DNA of 59,404 nucleotides from a virus (lineage: Duplodnaviria > Caudoviricetes), in the IMG/VR virus record IMGVR_UViG_3300010048_000011, positions 1-59,404 of that record, one strand, 5' to 3'. Both the position numbers and the translations under genes were made by a program. Numbering within the stretch: the stretch's first letter is position 1; each line of letters starts with the position of its first letter. Below, piece after piece: positions 37,501-46,789 of this stretch. The notes under the pieces were generated by a model. That model saw only the letters and a program-made list of their open reading frames with translations, made no database searches and was not told where the DNA came from.

Positions 37501-40075
37501 TGATCCGAATCTACGTTCGCGGCTGATCGAGGGCGCTGACGGGCAGCATGAGGCCATTCTGGCGTGGATTGTGGCGGGCGCGGTGCGGTGGTACCAGTCT
37601 GGTCGGGAGATGCCGGAGCTACCGGCGCGGGTCGAGGCGACTACCCGGGATTGGCGCGCGGGCACGGATCTGGTTCTCGGCTATGTCTCGGAACGGCTGA
37701 CGTTCGACCTGAGCCGTCACGTGACCGTACGCGAGCTGGCCGACGACATGGCTGAGTGGCTTGTCCAGCACGGGCACCGGCCGTGGTCGGCAGAACTCAT
37801 CGCCAGTCGTTTCGGGGACCACTCAGAGGTCGCTGGGCACGACGTCGAGCGCAAGCAGATCCGCCGCACAGCAGGACTGTCACGACGGCCAGCACGCCCC
37901 GGATTTTCTACAGAGAGTGACATTCCGGAGAAGTACTGGGCGTGGATGGGGCTAAAGTTCGTCGAGGACCGAACAAATGGTGATGGCGGTGAAGGCGTTA
38001 CTCCATTTGCTCCGACACCTCTCGATGGCCCTCCAAAAGAAGGAAGTTCGTCAGATGTCGAAAAAGCTGTGACCAGTAATGTCCCGAGTGCCCCAATCCA
38101 AAACCAAACCACAGAGAATCAGCATTACTCCGAATACCAACGTTCCCTAGAGGGTTTGGAAATCGGTTGGGGCACTCGGGACAAAGATCAACTTAAAGAT
38201 CAAATAAGGCAGTTACCAAAAGTCACGAAAGCAGAGCAGCGTCGGCGGGACAAGGCGGCTGCGGCTGCTGCTGCGGCGGGCGAGACAGTGTTACTTCCAT
38301 CACTCGTTACCCGCGACGGCACGATCTCACCGGCATCAGCCGAGACACTTCGGCTTGCGGCAGCACAACGGTTCCCGGCGCTGACGGTCGACGTCGAGAC
38401 AACCGGCTATCCCGTCGGGCACCAGGACTACGCGCTGCGGACCATCCAGCTCGGTACGGCTGAGTGGGCCGTCGTCCTGGACGCCACCGATCCCGCACAG
38501 CGCGTTCTCGCGACGGAGATGCTGGCCGCTGCGGACGTGTTGCACGCGCACTCAGCGACGGCGGACCTGGTTCCCCTGGCTTTAGAAGGAATCATTGATT
38601 ACGAGGACGCCTTTCGGCGGATGCAGGACACCGTGATCACCGCGAAACTGGCCGACCCCTCGTCGACCGGTTCCGATCCGGCGCTCAAGAAAGTTTCCGC
38701 TGTGGTCCTCGGGGATCGTGCCGTCTCGCCGTCGGCGAACGAAGCACGAGCGAATCTCTTCCACTTGTCCGGCTGGCTCACGGACCCCGAACCGACGACG
38801 CCAGTTGAGCGGTCCGGCTGGGCGCAGGTGGACTCGCGATGCGCCACGATGGTGCGCTACGCGGCCAGTGACGTCCTAGACACGGCACCACTGGCTGACG
38901 AGATCCCGAAGCCGCCCGAGGTCGTCTGGAACCGGGAACGGCTCGCGCAGCGGATGACAGCACGGGTTACCCTTCGTGGTCTCCCTCTGGATGCCTCCCG
39001 CGTCGCGGAACTCAAGGCCGAGCACGAAACACTCCTCGCGGCGGCTACGCGCACGATCAGCGCCTTCGGCATCGCGAATCCTGGTTCCGACAAGCAGGTC
39101 GGCGCGAAGCTGATCGAAATGGGCGCCTCACTGCCCCGTACGGACACGGGGAAGCCTTCAGTGGCTCGCGATGCCCTGGAGCCTCTGAAAGGCTCTGAGG
39201 GGCCACTGGGGGACCTCGTACGGGCGCGCCTGGACTACAAGACCCACGAGAAACTGTTGTCTGGCTTTCTCACGCCGTATTCGGTGCAGTGCGAGCGAGG
39301 TGATGGCAGGGTCAGGCCGACGGTGTACACGTTGGGCGCTGACACCGGCCGGATGTCCTGTGTGCGCCCCAATCTCCAGCAGGTACCGAGGTCCGGGGGC
39401 ATCCGTAGTTGCATCACGGCTGATCCCGGCCACCTGTTGATTTCGGCGGATTTCTCCAGCGTCGAAGTACGGGTGATGGCGGCACTGAGCCAAGATCCGA
39501 TGCTAATGCACGCACTAGCGAATGGCCTGGATGTGCACGGGATGATCGCCCGGCAGGTCTACGGCCCCGATTTCACCAAGGCGCACCGGTATTCGGTCAA
39601 GCGCGGTGTTTTCGGCTGGGCGTACGGCGGCGGTATCGAGGCGCTCGCCAAGCAAATCGGCGTGGATGAACTGACCATGGCGGCGATCGTGGAGGCGCTG
39701 AAAGAGTTGGCCCCCACCTATGTGCGGTGGGCCGACGATCTGAAAATGCGGGTCCGCGGTGGCCTCACACAGTTTCCGACGTATTCAGGGCGGGTCATTC
39801 ATCTTGATCCCCGTTTTCCCCACAAAGCACCGAACTACGCGGTTCAAGGCACTGCACGGGAACTGCTGATCGACGCCTTGATTCGCTGGTCCGACACGAC
39901 GTGGGGAGAATGCACGCTTCTGCCGGTGCATGACGAGTTGGTGGTGATGGTGCCGGAGGGCGAAGCCGAGGATGCGGTGCGGGAGCTGGTGCGCTGTATG
40001 GAGACCGAGCTGTATGGGGTGCGCATCGTAGCGGAGGCCAGCGAGCCGTCTTTCACCTGGCGGGATGCGGCATAG
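34499..40075 (+). CDS. Fused Prim-Pol primase / D5-like SF3 helicase / family A DNA polymerase with intein (probable CTG start)
   Basis: 'DVDPRNGG' and 'TPSAGVH' (Prim-Pol); 'LLNCANGVVDL' (D5_N); Walker A GGGENGK|TT; 'VDVETTG' exonuclease; 'ADFSSVEVR', 'R...K...YG' and 'VHDE' PolA motifs. Confidence 0.92.
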   Translation: MTQNSETESALHVARDLATAGVPIFVARPDPSAATGFSLPVGWQTTKADPTVVDSWQPGDALCAVMGHGLDLVDVDPRNGGSLDAVPVPEVYGLATTPSAGVHAFVRSLNVRSRNNLVPGVDVKAGDNEGRGRGFAFIAPTVRLSKVTGERVPYVWQQEPRLPECPSCAQVHAWYPDRTDTIPGDHRCPWPDDHSGDRLADMIRVAHGQVPVIPAADVDSVSVPSVEKFLEVGPWVDVEKTLRGGRNDGVMRLAAALRGEGGWPVERALDYMRAVVWPGIDQSQAGHEFTVDEFEGIIRGVWERYPDGRAARLDEAVDSGAERPPALVGVGLLDAWIVDRIASSRLSGRFVWARGLGWLQWDGRRWAAVDGSIVVDDVRQWVQWLYSSAAAAGADSDLLKKIAGLGGKARLSGLVDLARGVAGVRCDVGEFDAHPDLLNCANGVVDLRTGALSAHDPALRLTKITDIDYVVGAESGDWKAALEAIPEEIREWWQIRIGQAATGHMTPDDLLIVQVGGGENGKALDVDTPMFTTRGWTTMGELSAGDHVYAPDGAATEVLSAYPVRIDRPCYRVTMTDGRSLVADAEHLWTVYDRRARMDVTLTTQEMLELGIVKRDRAGGREFRFALPQQFAVQSAPVGDLPIPPYLLGVWLGDGTRTAAQLTFGEQDADELCGYLTECGAKIVSRRLVTSTGGGKSVSVRINIEAGVRDGFESRARRLGVWGERRIPELYLTAGTGQRLALLQGLLDTDSYVSAGQGQVEWTTAHQRLADDMLMLLRSLGFTARCHASAATLNGREVGRRWRICFTPSSVDLVPFRLRRRIDRLRAGARHRPISVVSIQSVESRPVRCIRVAHPSALYLAGRGLVPTHNTTLMSAIRGALGEYYLLVSHRALLGSSDSVPTELMDFRGARLALLEETPEERRLAVTKLKALVGTPEITARRMRQDPVTFHASHSLFISTNYLPVVSETDHGTWRRLAAVRFPYRFRKGSETLSGALDRRGDPNLRSRLIEGADGQHEAILAWIVAGAVRWYQSGREMPELPARVEATTRDWRAGTDLVLGYVSERLTFDLSRHVTVRELADDMAEWLVQHGHRPWSAELIASRFGDHSEVAGHDVERKQIRRTAGLSRRPARPGFSTESDIPEKYWAWMGLKFVEDRTNGDGGEGVTPFAPTPLDGPPKEGSSSDVEKAVTSNVPSAPIQNQTTENQHYSEYQRSLEGLEIGWGTRDKDQLKDQIRQLPKVTKAEQRRRDKAAAAAAAAGETVLLPSLVTRDGTISPASAETLRLAAAQRFPALTVDVETTGYPVGHQDYALRTIQLGTAEWAVVLDATDPAQRVLATEMLAAADVLHAHSATADLVPLALEGIIDYEDAFRRMQDTVITAKLADPSSTGSDPALKKVSAVVLGDRAVSPSANEARANLFHLSGWLTDPEPTTPVERSGWAQVDSRCATMVRYAASDVLDTAPLADEIPKPPEVVWNRERLAQRMTARVTLRGLPLDASRVAELKAEHETLLAAATRTISAFGIANPGSDKQVGAKLIEMGASLPRTDTGKPSVARDALEPLKGSEGPLGDLVRARLDYKTHEKLLSGFLTPYSVQCERGDGRVRPTVYTLGADTGRMSCVRPNLQQVPRSGGIRSCITADPGHLLISADFSSVEVRVMAALSQDPMLMHALANGLDVHGMIARQVYGPDFTKAHRYSVKRGVFGWAYGGGIEALAKQIGVDELTMAAIVEALKELAPTYVRWADDLKMRVRGGLTQFPTYSGRVIHLDPRFPHKAPNYAVQGTARELLIDALIRWSDTTWGECTLLPVHDELVVMVPEGEAEDAVRELVRCMETELYGVRIVAEASEPSFTWRDAA
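36065..37108 (+). mobile_element. Class 3 intein with LAGLIDADG endonuclease (348 aa)
   Basis: Ala1 (ALDVDTP), DAEHLW, LGVWLGDG/LQGLLDTDS, VRCI, PTHN/T; inserted in Walker A. Confidence 0.9.
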
Positions 40076-40100
40076 AAACGGATCTGCTAACGTTCATCTC

Positions 40101-40188
40101 GCAGACGACGGGGCGGGCTTAGATTCTGGAGAGATACCAGACAGGGCTAAGTTTCGAGCCTTCACTGAACACTCGTTCCGTCGTCTGC
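40101..40188 (+). ncRNA. Candidate small structured RNA
   Basis: 17-bp closing stem with three G-U pairs on the + strand and an inner hairpin; followed by a terminator. Confidence 0.4.
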
Positions 40189-40200
40189 CCTTCAATACGA

Positions 40201-40243
40201 CAGAGCCCCCGACCTCGTTGTGAGATCGGGGGCTCTGCTTTTT
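40201..40243 (+). terminator. Intrinsic terminator
   Basis: CAGAGCCCCCGA...TCGGGGGCTCTG-CTTTTT. Confidence 0.85.
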
Positions 40244-40452
40244 CGCGACGTTACGATAATACGAGCCTGCTTGCCACTCGCGTAACGCCCAAAGTTTACG
40301 ACAGGGCGGCCCTTGCGGTCACATCATGGCGCTCTCTCGCGCTAGTGCTTACGGGCCGCCCCGTCTGCTCGACTTTCTAGGCGAATGGGATTTTGGTCCA
40401 TCACCGAGAAGAACAGTAGCAGACTTCGACACGTGCAAATAGTGATCTTGCG

Positions 40453-40974
40453 TCAGACTTTACCGACGAAGATGGCCGTCGTGCCGATGCTCTCGTCGTA
40501 CTCGAACTGCATCGTGCCATGCGGCGCCGGGAGCGAATACGCCACGGTGAACGTCGTGGACTGCCCTGGCAGGATCGTCACCGGCCCTTCACTGCCTATC
40601 TTCGCTTCGAGGTCCGTGATCTCGTTGGCCTGCTGACCGTCGAACTGCACGGCGCCGTTCATGCTGATGGGGTTGTACTGGAACGGTGATTTCGACTTGT
40701 TGATGACCTCGACTGCGAATCTCACCGCGTACCGGATGGGGCCGCCGTCGGCTGCGGCTTCACTGGACGCTGTGACCGCCTTCGGCGGCGACATCCCGAC
40801 TGCGATGCCGTCTGGCCACGTGTAGGTGTCTCCCCACGTGGCGGTCTGCGGCGTGCTGGCTGCGGCTGGTGCTGCTGCGTTGCCTGCGGCGCCGGTTGAG
40901 ACCGTGCCGACTGCGCAGGCCGAGAGAGTGAGTCCAAGGGCAATAGCCGCTGCTGCGGCCCAAAAGCGGGTCAT
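40453..40974 (-). CDS. Lipoprotein (possible superinfection exclusion)
   Basis: Signal peptide with LSAC lipobox, Ala-rich linker, Ig-like domain. Confidence 0.75.
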   Translation of the reverse strand: MTRFWAAAAAIALGLTLSACAVGTVSTGAAGNAAAPAAASTPQTATWGDTYTWPDGIAVGMSPPKAVTASSEAAADGGPIRYAVRFAVEVINKSKSPFQYNPISMNGAVQFDGQQANEITDLEAKIGSEGPVTILPGQSTTFTVAYSLPAPHGTMQFEYDESIGTTAIFVGKV

Positions 40975-41081
40975 TGTGGTCCAATCAGATGGCGATATCC
41001 GAATTGGACATCGCGGGACGGTGACCGGCGTTAGCGCGGTTCCTAGACAAAAAGTGGACAATCGCCGCCGACGGCGGACAC

Positions 41082-41118
41082 GACAGAGCCCCTGAACTGA
41101 CGTTCAGGGGCTCTGTCC
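41082..41118. terminator. Perfect hairpin
   Basis: GACAGAGCCCCTGAAC-TGAC-GTTCAGGGGCTCTGTC. Confidence 0.55.
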
Positions 41119-41368
41119 ACTCCCGCATGCGCGGGTACGAGATTCGTTTCTCAACGATCTACGTTGCGATCCTCACGGGTCAACCCTGCAAGTGCAGGGA
41201 CAAAGGCCGTGCTGTTGACGTGCCAGGGACACGGACTCCATTGACACGGTTCCGTGCGGTTACTGCTTTCCGTGTCCCTGACGACGGCGCCGACATTAGC
41301 ACAGGTCTCCCGGGCGGTGTCAACGCGCGAGATCCACAAGTCACGGTACTGCGGAATCAGGGGGCGAT

Positions 41369-42244
41369 ATGACAGTCACGCATCACGCGTGTGCGGTGGA
41401 AGGCTGCTCGCAGGTCACACCCGTGCACCTCACGATCTGCCAGCGCTGTCTCAGTGAGCTGCTGACGGCGCTCTACGACCTGGCGGCAGGTCCGGAACTG
41501 CGGCCGGGATGTCCTGAGCCAGGGTTGATCGATGACCTGACCGACGTGATGGCGCGCCTTCGCCGTAGTGGCCTGGCGACCGGCGTGCTGAGCCATTCCG
41601 CAGAGTTCCCGTTGCCGTACAACGAAGCGGCGTCAGATCTGCTCTGGACGGTCAAGAACACGCTGAGGTCGTGGTGCGCGGAGGTCTACGAGTCGACGCC
41701 TGCGTATCGCGCGCAGCCCGCTCCGGCTGGCTCATCCGCGCAGCTCGCGCTCTGGCTCGCCTCCTCCACGGTGGGCATCGCCCGGCACCCCGACGTGGTG
41801 CAGATGCGAGACGAGCTGCTGTGGCTAGTTGGCAAGGTTCGCCGGACCGTGGATATCGCGCCGACGCGGATGTACCTAGGGGCATGTGGCGCGCAGCCGG
41901 ACAAGGTCTGCCGGGAGCCGATCTACGCCATGCCAGGACACACGGTCACGCGCTGCCCGGGATGTGGCGCCGAGTATGACGTCAAGCTCCGGCGCGGGCA
42001 GATGCTCGCGGACGCACAGGATCAGATCGCTCCGGCCGCCGACATCGCGCGGGCTATCTCGCTGCTGGGCCAGCCGCTCACTGTCCGACGCATTCGGGTG
42101 TGGGCGCATCGGGGCAAGCTCCAGCAGTACCCGCCACACGCGTTTGATCCTCGGGAGCGCCCCCGCTACCGGCTCGGGGACGTCGTGCGCCTGTACGTCC
42201 CAAAGAAGGGCGGCCCGTCGCTTGACTCAGCAGTAAAGCAGTGA
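41369..42244 (+). CDS. Zn-ribbon/HTH putative late transcription regulator
   Basis: Multiple CxxC pairs and C-terminal 'IRVWAHRGKL..YRLGDV' wHTH common in actinobacterial prophages. Confidence 0.7.
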   Translation: MTVTHHACAVEGCSQVTPVHLTICQRCLSELLTALYDLAAGPELRPGCPEPGLIDDLTDVMARLRRSGLATGVLSHSAEFPLPYNEAASDLLWTVKNTLRSWCAEVYESTPAYRAQPAPAGSSAQLALWLASSTVGIARHPDVVQMRDELLWLVGKVRRTVDIAPTRMYLGACGAQPDKVCREPIYAMPGHTVTRCPGCGAEYDVKLRRGQMLADAQDQIAPAADIARAISLLGQPLTVRRIRVWAHRGKLQQYPPHAFDPRERPRYRLGDVVRLYVPKKGGPSLDSAVKQ

Positions 42245-42457
42245 AACGCTTGAGTTACATATCGTAGGTGTACTGCGCAGAGGCGCAGCCCGAATATTTC
42301 GAGCCGCGCCTCTGATGCACGAATTCGTGGTGCTTGCGACAAACAGCGTCCGGTGGAACCAGGCCAGGTACCGACCGGAACTTGCTCGACTTTTTCTCCG
42401 ACCGTACCTCCGTTCGTGCTCGTTCGGTTTTGCGTTGACGACGGGAGGTTAATAACG

Positions 42458-42715
42458 TCACCGCCCGTCGTCAACAATGCGTGGCGCGCGCGGGATGAAA
42501 GTGTCCGGCGTGTGGTCCTTGCGCAAGGCGGCTTCCACATCTTCCTTGGCGAACTCGTCCAAGCCTCCTTTGCCGACACCGATAGGCGTCAGTCCGCGCC
42601 GGTGTGTCCAGGTCCGAGCCCCTTCGGGCGACGTTCCACGGACGTCAGCGATGTCGTGCTTGGTCAGTGTGTCGCCGTATTTCGTGAGCTTGGCAAGCTT
42701 CTCGCTGAGTTCCAT
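42458..42715 (-). CDS. Small MerR/Xis/BldC-like HTH protein
   Basis: 'LTKHDIA..G.S...RTW..RGL.P......F..EDV'; GAAAGG RBS. Confidence 0.65.
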   Translation of the reverse strand: MELSEKLAKLTKYGDTLTKHDIADVRGTSPEGARTWTHRRGLTPIGVGKGGLDEFAKEDVEAALRKDHTPDTFIPRAPRIVDDGR

Positions 42716-42737
42716 TGTGTGCCTTTCTGTCCGGTCT

Positions 42738-42795
42738 TGGTTCCGTCTGGTTCCATTTCACAGAGTGGGCAGGTCTGGTTCCGCTTGGTTCCATT
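42738..42795. promoter_or_regulatory. Two copies of the tandem operator TGGTTCCRYY-TGGTTCCATT
   Basis: The same 20-mer occurs at 15462, 26901 (reverse) and 53131. Confidence 0.6.
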
Positions 42796-42804
42796 CCGCC
42801 CGCC

Positions 42805-44136
42805 CTATGGCGTTGCTACGACCACTGTGCTATTCGATTCCGGTTGCGTGTGCTGCCCGATCACTACGATGAGGAAAGCCAACCCGATCACTACCCAGAA
42901 CATCACCAGCGCGGCTATCCATCCGTGTGACAGCGTGACCGTCTGCGGATCTTCCGCGACCTGGCGTAGCACCTGCATCGCTCGTGCTGCTGGCCGCTCA
43001 CACGGGACGTCGGATTGCGGAGGCAGCCACACCGGCAGTTGCGACACCTCCTCGGCGTCCTCTTCCTGCGGCCACAGGTACGCAGTGTCCGGGTACCTCT
43101 CCTGTGCCGCCAGCACGGCCGCCTCGATGTCCTCGTCGCTGGTGTAGGGCGTCTGCACCCGCAATGGGTCCCCGACGTCCTGAGCCATGTACAGCGCGTC
43201 GCCCTGGCCAAGCAGATGCTGAGCCCCGCTGCGGTTGAGAATCACGCCGCTGGCCGTGTGACTCGGCACCGCGAACGCTAGCCGCGACGGCACGTTGTCC
43301 TTGATGAGCCCCGTCACGACGTCCACAGACGGACGCTGAGTCGCTAGCACCATGTGGATACCGGCGGCCCGCGCCTTGCCCGCCAGGCGGACGATCAAGG
43401 GCTCGATCTCCTTGCGTGCACGCGCCATGAGGTCCGCCAGCTCGTCCACGATCACGACGAGGTAGGGCAGCGTCAGCGCGTCTGATACCGCGCGGTTGTA
43501 GGCAGTGAGTTCGCGGACCTTGTGTGCACGGAGCAGGCTGTACCGTCGATCCATCTCGTCACACAGCCACTGGAGCGTGTCTACGGCATCGTCGGGATCA
43601 GTGACGATCGGGCAGGCCAGGTGTGGAACGTCGGCGTATGCCGCCAGCTCCACCTCTTTGGGGTCGACCAGCACCAGGCGCATGACCTCCGGACCGCATC
43701 GGTTGATCAATGACACGATGACGTCGTTGATGTAGACCGACTTACCCGACCCCGTCGCCCCGGCCACAATCCAGTGAGGCATGGTTGCGAGGTTCCGTGT
43801 CTGCGGATGACCGGCCGTGTCGATCCCCAGGGGGACCGTGAGCGGGTGCCCGCCGTCCAGCGGGACATCCTTGAGCAACACAGTCTGCCGGTCGGCACGG
43901 GGCAACTCGATGCCCATCACGGACTCGCCCGGCACCGGAGACAGGATACGGACCGACGTTGCCGCCGTCCGCATCTTGATGGTCTCCGCTAGGCGTAGTA
44001 CCTCCTCCGGCCGTACGCCGTCCCGCAGCTCCACGCTGTACAGGACAGTCGTCGGCCCCGTCGTTACCTTGACCACGTGCGCACCGACGCTGTGGGCGGT
44101 AAAGATCTTGTCCAGTACTGCCGTCTGGTCGGTCAT
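42805..44136 (-). CDS. ftsK: FtsK/SpoIIIE motor-domain protein with a C-terminal TM helix
   Basis: GATGSGKS, VDPK.VEL, VDELADLM, 'ARAAGIH..LATQRPS', 'GA..LLGQGD'. Confidence 0.92.
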   Translation of the reverse strand: MTDQTAVLDKIFTAHSVGAHVVKVTTGPTTVLYSVELRDGVRPEEVLRLAETIKMRTAATSVRILSPVPGESVMGIELPRADRQTVLLKDVPLDGGHPLTVPLGIDTAGHPQTRNLATMPHWIVAGATGSGKSVYINDVIVSLINRCGPEVMRLVLVDPKEVELAAYADVPHLACPIVTDPDDAVDTLQWLCDEMDRRYSLLRAHKVRELTAYNRAVSDALTLPYLVVIVDELADLMARARKEIEPLIVRLAGKARAAGIHMVLATQRPSVDVVTGLIKDNVPSRLAFAVPSHTASGVILNRSGAQHLLGQGDALYMAQDVGDPLRVQTPYTSDEDIEAAVLAAQERYPDTAYLWPQEEDAEEVSQLPVWLPPQSDVPCERPAARAMQVLRQVAEDPQTVTLSHGWIAALVMFWVVIGLAFLIVVIGQHTQPESNSTVVVATP

Positions 44137-44225
44137 GCGATCACCTCCTTTCTATTGCCTCACTGCCTGTCTGGCAGCTTGCACCGCACACGGGCTAGCC
44201 GCGTACGATGCGAGATGTCAGAAGT

Positions 44226-44507
44226 TCACTCAGCAACTAGCGCATCGCGAATCAAACGCAATGTCTCGTCGTTCACAGTGCCCTTACAGTATGAAATCTC
44301 GTTGGGCACGTCGCCCGCTTCATTCACGGGAGTTACGCCGATCCACACGTTAGGGTCGTCGATGTGCAGCCCATGGCTTTCGGCCCACGCGAGGATTTCT
44401 GCCGGAACGGTAACGCCTGCTTGTCCTACATCCACGAGTCTGCCGTTCGTTTCTCCACGTACGACAGACCAGTAGACTTCGTTTCTGAACTCTGGCTCGT
44501 TGCTCAC
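44226..44507 (-). CDS. Array hypothetical protein
   Basis: GAGGGAG RBS; GTGA overlap. Confidence 0.65.
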   Translation of the reverse strand: MSNEPEFRNEVYWSVVRGETNGRLVDVGQAGVTVPAEILAWAESHGLHIDDPNVWIGVTPVNEAGDVPNEISYCKGTVNDETLRLIRDALVAE

Positions 44508-45223
44508 TGCGTTACTCCCTCATTGCGTTGGTATCTGAACCACCCGCCGAATTGACTCAATTTGACATGAATGACCTTTTGGCCGTGCTGACATTCGATT
44601 GCGTACATGGCACGATCGAGCAGGTTAGCGCCGCCCAGATCCCACCGGCCGTTATCGATGACATATGTCGCTGACGCCGCTGACGCATCACCACGTGAGA
44701 AAAACGTCTCGGCGAGGATCTCGCCAGTCTCGCTCACTACACAGCCGTGCGGTTTGTCACCTTTGGACGCTGCGTTTTCGGCCCAGGTCGCGAGTTGTTC
44801 GGCATTGGCCGGATTACCGCTAGCGGCTGTCATGATGGCCTTGGCCTTCTCCGCGAAATGTGGATGCCCGGATAGCGCGAACTGCGTCTCCGGTTCGTCC
44901 GTGGGGTAACCGAAGTCTCCGATCTCCTCGCCCCAATAGGCCAGCCCCTGACTCGTCAGTACTGAATCGTCGGACTCTCTGCCGACCCACTCACGGCCGT
45001 CGTGGTGTGCTGCTGCGCCGTGCAGCTCGACGAACCACCTTCCGTCGGTGTCGGCGTCGAGCTGGACGAGCGAGTCACCGGCTGGTGTCCATACCCGCCC
45101 GTCGGCGTCGGTGGTCGATCCATCGGCGTACACCTCGCTCACCTCTGTCGGGGTAAGCGTATTGAGGTGTTTCGCCAACTCATCACAAGCTGACTTGTAA
45201 GCGGATTGATTGGTGTAGCGCAC
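44504..45223 (-). CDS. Array hypothetical protein (acidic)
   Basis: AAGGAGGT RBS and GTG. Confidence 0.75.
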   Translation of the reverse strand: MRYTNQSAYKSACDELAKHLNTLTPTEVSEVYADGSTTDADGRVWTPAGDSLVQLDADTDGRWFVELHGAAAHHDGREWVGRESDDSVLTSQGLAYWGEEIGDFGYPTDEPETQFALSGHPHFAEKAKAIMTAASGNPANAEQLATWAENAASKGDKPHGCVVSETGEILAETFFSRGDASAASATYVIDNGRWDLGGANLLDRAMYAIECQHGQKVIHVKLSQFGGWFRYQRNEGVTQ

Positions 45224-45299
45224 TCTTACCTCCTTGACTCCCTGCCTTGTCTGGCAGCTTGCACCGCACACGGCACGAGTCCGCGCACGATGCGAGCGG

Positions 45300-46097
45300 T
45301 CAGCCTCGCACTACTCGCACAGGTTGCCAGTCGGTGTCATCCTCGGGCATGACCAGTTCGAACACGCATCGTCTGACCTCGTCATCGGTGGTCGGCGCCG
45401 TCAGCAATCCGTCGATCGTGATCGCGTAGGCGTTCGCGAAGTCCCGTAGCTCCTGCTCATCGCGGAATGCTGTCCAGTTGGTACCAGCGTGACCAGGTTT
45501 GTACACAACGAACGAATATTGGTTGTTCCATACTCGTCTGGTCCACTCCGAGGTGTACGCCGGTCGGATGGCGCCTCGCGCACGTGCACCAGGCCGTGTC
45601 AGGATCGTTTCGCCATGCAGGTCACGCCTGATGCGCTGCGCCTGGTGCGGTAGCTCGGCCGCCCCCCGGTACAGGACACCGTCCCCGAGTTCGGACAGAT
45701 CGATTGGCGATCGTGCGCGCCGTCTGATTATGCCACCTGGTGCGGGCAGCGAGCACGTGAACACCCGCAGAGGTGTCATGGTGTGCACTCCGTTGTGTGC
45801 CTGCCACATGTCGTGATGGAAGAACCACACCGCGCCGTCTCGTATCTCGTCTGTCGCGGTCAGCGTGTCGGGGGGAACACCTTCGTATAAGGTCCCGGAC
45901 ATGCTGATTCCGGCCTCGCCGAGATTGAACGCACCACCATCGGTTGTCTGGATAGAATTGTCCCAGATGTAGGCGATTCGTGCTGTGATGCCGTTCGCGA
46001 AGTCGACATGATCGCCGAGGCGTGGTCCTTCGATCTTGTCGAACGCTTCCATACGACTGCGAAGGATCTCGGCGTCGATTGCGTCAAATTCCGCCAT
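45300..46097 (-). CDS. Array two-domain protein; N-terminus DUF4121-like
   Basis: 'GPRLGD..SGT..VWFFHHD...AHNGV' resemblance; RBS and ATG. Confidence 0.7.
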   Translation of the reverse strand: MAEFDAIDAEILRSRMEAFDKIEGPRLGDHVDFANGITARIAYIWDNSIQTTDGGAFNLGEAGISMSGTLYEGVPPDTLTATDEIRDGAVWFFHHDMWQAHNGVHTMTPLRVFTCSLPAPGGIIRRRARSPIDLSELGDGVLYRGAAELPHQAQRIRRDLHGETILTRPGARARGAIRPAYTSEWTRRVWNNQYSFVVYKPGHAGTNWTAFRDEQELRDFANAYAITIDGLLTAPTTDDEVRRCVFELVMPEDDTDWQPVRVVRG

Positions 46098-46176
46098 CTT
46101 TATTACCTCCTTGACTCACTGCCTGTCTGGCAGCTTGCACCACACCGAGCATTGTCTCTCGGCATGATGCGAGCGG

Positions 46177-46344
46177 TCAGTTTTTGTTGTCGAACGAACT
46201 TATTCCCGCAGCCTTTTCGAGCTCGCTAGCTGCCATCCATAGCGCATCCTTTCCTGTTTTGGTGCGTCCCTCTGCGATGGCGCGAAGAAATCCCGCGATC
46301 TCGGGGACAGCGGCAAGAGCGGATAGTGACAGTTCGTTGGACAT
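46177..46344 (-). CDS. Array 55-aa protein (absent from the ORF track)
   Basis: MSNELSLSAL...; its TGA is the first codon of the repeat element. Confidence 0.65.
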   Translation of the reverse strand: MSNELSLSALAAVPEIAGFLRAIAEGRTKTGKDALWMAASELEKAAGISSFDNKN

Positions 46345-46345
46345 G

Positions 46346-46789
46346 TCAGCAGCCCTTTTGGTTGTCTCCGTTGAAAACGTCCCCTTCGACGCACGTCACG
46401 ATGGCGGCCGGAGGAGGGTTCAGCCGCTCGCACTCGTCGTAGGCCGCGCCATAGTCCTCGCTACGGAACGTCACGGCCATCTCTTGCAGCTCCCCATTGC
46501 CATACGCCACCCAATCGCGGTAAGGCACGACTAGGTAGTCATTGGTCGGGTTGCTGTTGCTGCGGGGCATGATGAGTACATAGGACACGGACTCGCCTGC
46601 CCGCTGAACCACGCGCAGGTTTTTGTCACGACGTAGCGGGATGGCCGGACCATTCTCCACGAACACCGTGTGAAAAATCGGGTCGTCGTATGAGTATTGG
46701 TCAGGCTCGATCTTCATCACGGTGCCGATGCGCTCGCGATCACGCATGGCCACGATTCGGTCACCGATTTGCGGGTCACCCTTCGTTAC
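46346..46789 (-). CDS. Array hypothetical protein (non-canonical GTA/ACG start likely)
   Basis: RBS then an open frame xTKGDPQIGDRIV (SH3/KOW-like); first canonical start is 36 nt later. Confidence 0.6.
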   Translation of the reverse strand, partial: VTKGDPQIGDRIVAMRDRERIGTVMKIEPDQYSYDDPIFHTVFVENGPAIPLRRDKNLRVVQRAGESVSYVLIMPRSNSNPTNDYLVVPYRDWVAYGNGELQEMAVTFRSEDYGAAYDECERLNPPPAAIVTCVEGDVFNGDNQKGC

